DNA of 56,136 nucleotides from a virus (Duplodnaviria; Caudoviricetes): IMG/VR virus record IMGVR_UViG_3300042987_002630, positions 1 to 56,136 of that record; one strand, 5' to 3'. Shown piece by piece: positions 55,200 to 56,136 of this stretch (position 1 is its first letter; each line of letters starts with the position of its first letter). The notes under the pieces were generated by a model. It saw only the letters and a program-made list of their open reading frames with translations, ran no database searches and was not told where the DNA came from. The position numbers and the translations under genes were made by a program.

Positions 55200-56136
55200 G
55201 TGAACTACCACGCCCTAAAGGGCTGTGGCTTCCTGCTTGATCGTATTGGCTGACAGCAGACCCCAATGAGTGAGAATATCTGTTATCACATCCACAGGCG
55301 CAGGGGGCAGTTCCTGCCCTGCATGATCTATTGTCCATTGTTGATGTCCCCAGTTGCGAATATTGATGGCTGCATTAGTGTCCCTGTGCTGAGTTATTCC
55401 GCAATGATCACAATGATATTCTCTTTGCTTGAGATCCATGTGACTTTTGCGGGTGCCACATGCACTACAGGTCTTGCTACTGGGTAGCCACTGATTGATC
55501 TTGATGAAATGGTGGCCTTGGCGTTGGCATTTGTAGGCCAATACACCAATCAACATAGCCCAACCCGCATCTGCTATGGCCTTGGCTGTGGGCTTGCTCT
55601 TGCGTCTCAGCTGATCAATTTTCAGTGTTTCAACTGACACCAGGTCATGTGATTTGGCTATTCTCACACTTGTCTGATGTATATGGTCCAGTCTTTGGCA
55701 GAGAACCAGATCATGGGTTCTTGCCAGTCGTGTTTTTGCTTTCAGTCTATTCCTACTTGCTTTTTGTTTTCTGGATAGCTTGCGTTGTAACAGTCGGATA
55801 CGTGCTTGTTTCTTCACCAATGGCTTGGGATTTGGAACTAGCTCACCAGTTGATAGTGCTGTGAACTTGCTGTTGACGTCCACACCCACTGAATTGGTTA
55901 TGTTTTGAACCAATGGCAGTTCCAAGACATCAACCACAAATGAGGCATACCAACCACGTGGTGTTTGAATCACAGTCACACCCTTAAACTTGGGAAGATC
56001 TCGATGGAGTACAATCTTGACGTCTCCAATCTTGGGTAGATATAGCTTGTTGTTGTCAACTCTCACGTTTTGTGGATATCTAAAGCTAACAGGAGTTGTG
56101 TATTTGCTTTTGAATCGTGGGAATCCAGCACCTGTC
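55200..56136 (-). mobile_element. Second intact-looking tnpB element (left part outside the window)
   Basis: Right end GCCCTTTAGGGCGTGGTAGTTCAC ends at 55200. Confidence 0.88.
55215..56136 (-). CDS. tnpB: TnpB, 5'-truncated by the window edge, very similar to 19365-20558
   Basis: VGVDVN, VSVETL, CSACG...CDHCG, HRDTNAA all intact. Confidence 0.93.
   Translation of the reverse strand, partial: TGAGFPRFKSKYTTPVSFRYPQNVRVDNNKLYLPKIGDVKIVLHRDLPKFKGVTVIQTPRGWYASFVVDVLELPLVQNITNSVGVDVNSKFTALSTGELVPNPKPLVKKQARIRLLQRKLSRKQKASRNRLKAKTRLARTHDLVLCQRLDHIHQTSVRIAKSHDLVSVETLKIDQLRRKSKPTAKAIADAGWAMLIGVLAYKCQRQGHHFIKINQWLPSSKTCSACGTRKSHMDLKQREYHCDHCGITQHRDTNAAINIRNWGHQQWTIDHAGQELPPAPVDVITDILTHWGLLSANTIKQEATAL

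Noticed and set aside
1862-55864. Numerous short antisense and alternate-frame ORFs in the track
   Set aside because: They lie inside well-supported genes and lack SDs or motifs; treated as shadow ORFs.
1-56136. Alternative genetic code (stop-codon reassignment)
   Set aside because: Long conserved genes read through in the standard code and end in TAA, TAG and TGA; the breaks in dnaB and nrdA are explained by split inteins.

Overview
A 56-kb segment of a large, AT-rich, T4-like (jumbo-type) dsDNA phage genome. The host is most likely an alphaproteobacterium, judged from a circularly permuted two-piece tmRNA with tag ANDNVALAVAA and an alphaproteobacterial-style YccA/BI-1 gene. It encodes replication and nucleotide genes (UvsW-like helicase, clamp-loader-like protein, mini DnaE-like protein, primase, DnaB/gp41 helicase, NrdA/NrdB/glutaredoxin, two-subunit topoisomerase II, PD-(D/E)XK exonuclease), many late virion/head proteins and host-like accessory genes (IscA/HesB, PurK, YccA, tandem HiPIP-like, DUF2828/TROVE-like vWA protein). 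Four inteins are present. Two are split: a classic fractured dnaB with an intervening endonuclease, and an atypically split nrdA intein whose N-fragment is only 14 aa. A family of transposase-less IS200/IS605 TnpB elements occurs as two intact copies, two miniature derivatives and one open but nuclease-dead copy, and there is also an unrelated TnpB. Candidate undescribed RNAs are a ~450-nt highly structured RNA (about 1215-1675) and an array of three stem-closed ACAGCA units upstream of the DUF2828/Ro60-like gene. All calls come from reading motifs by eye; no database searches or folding programs were run.
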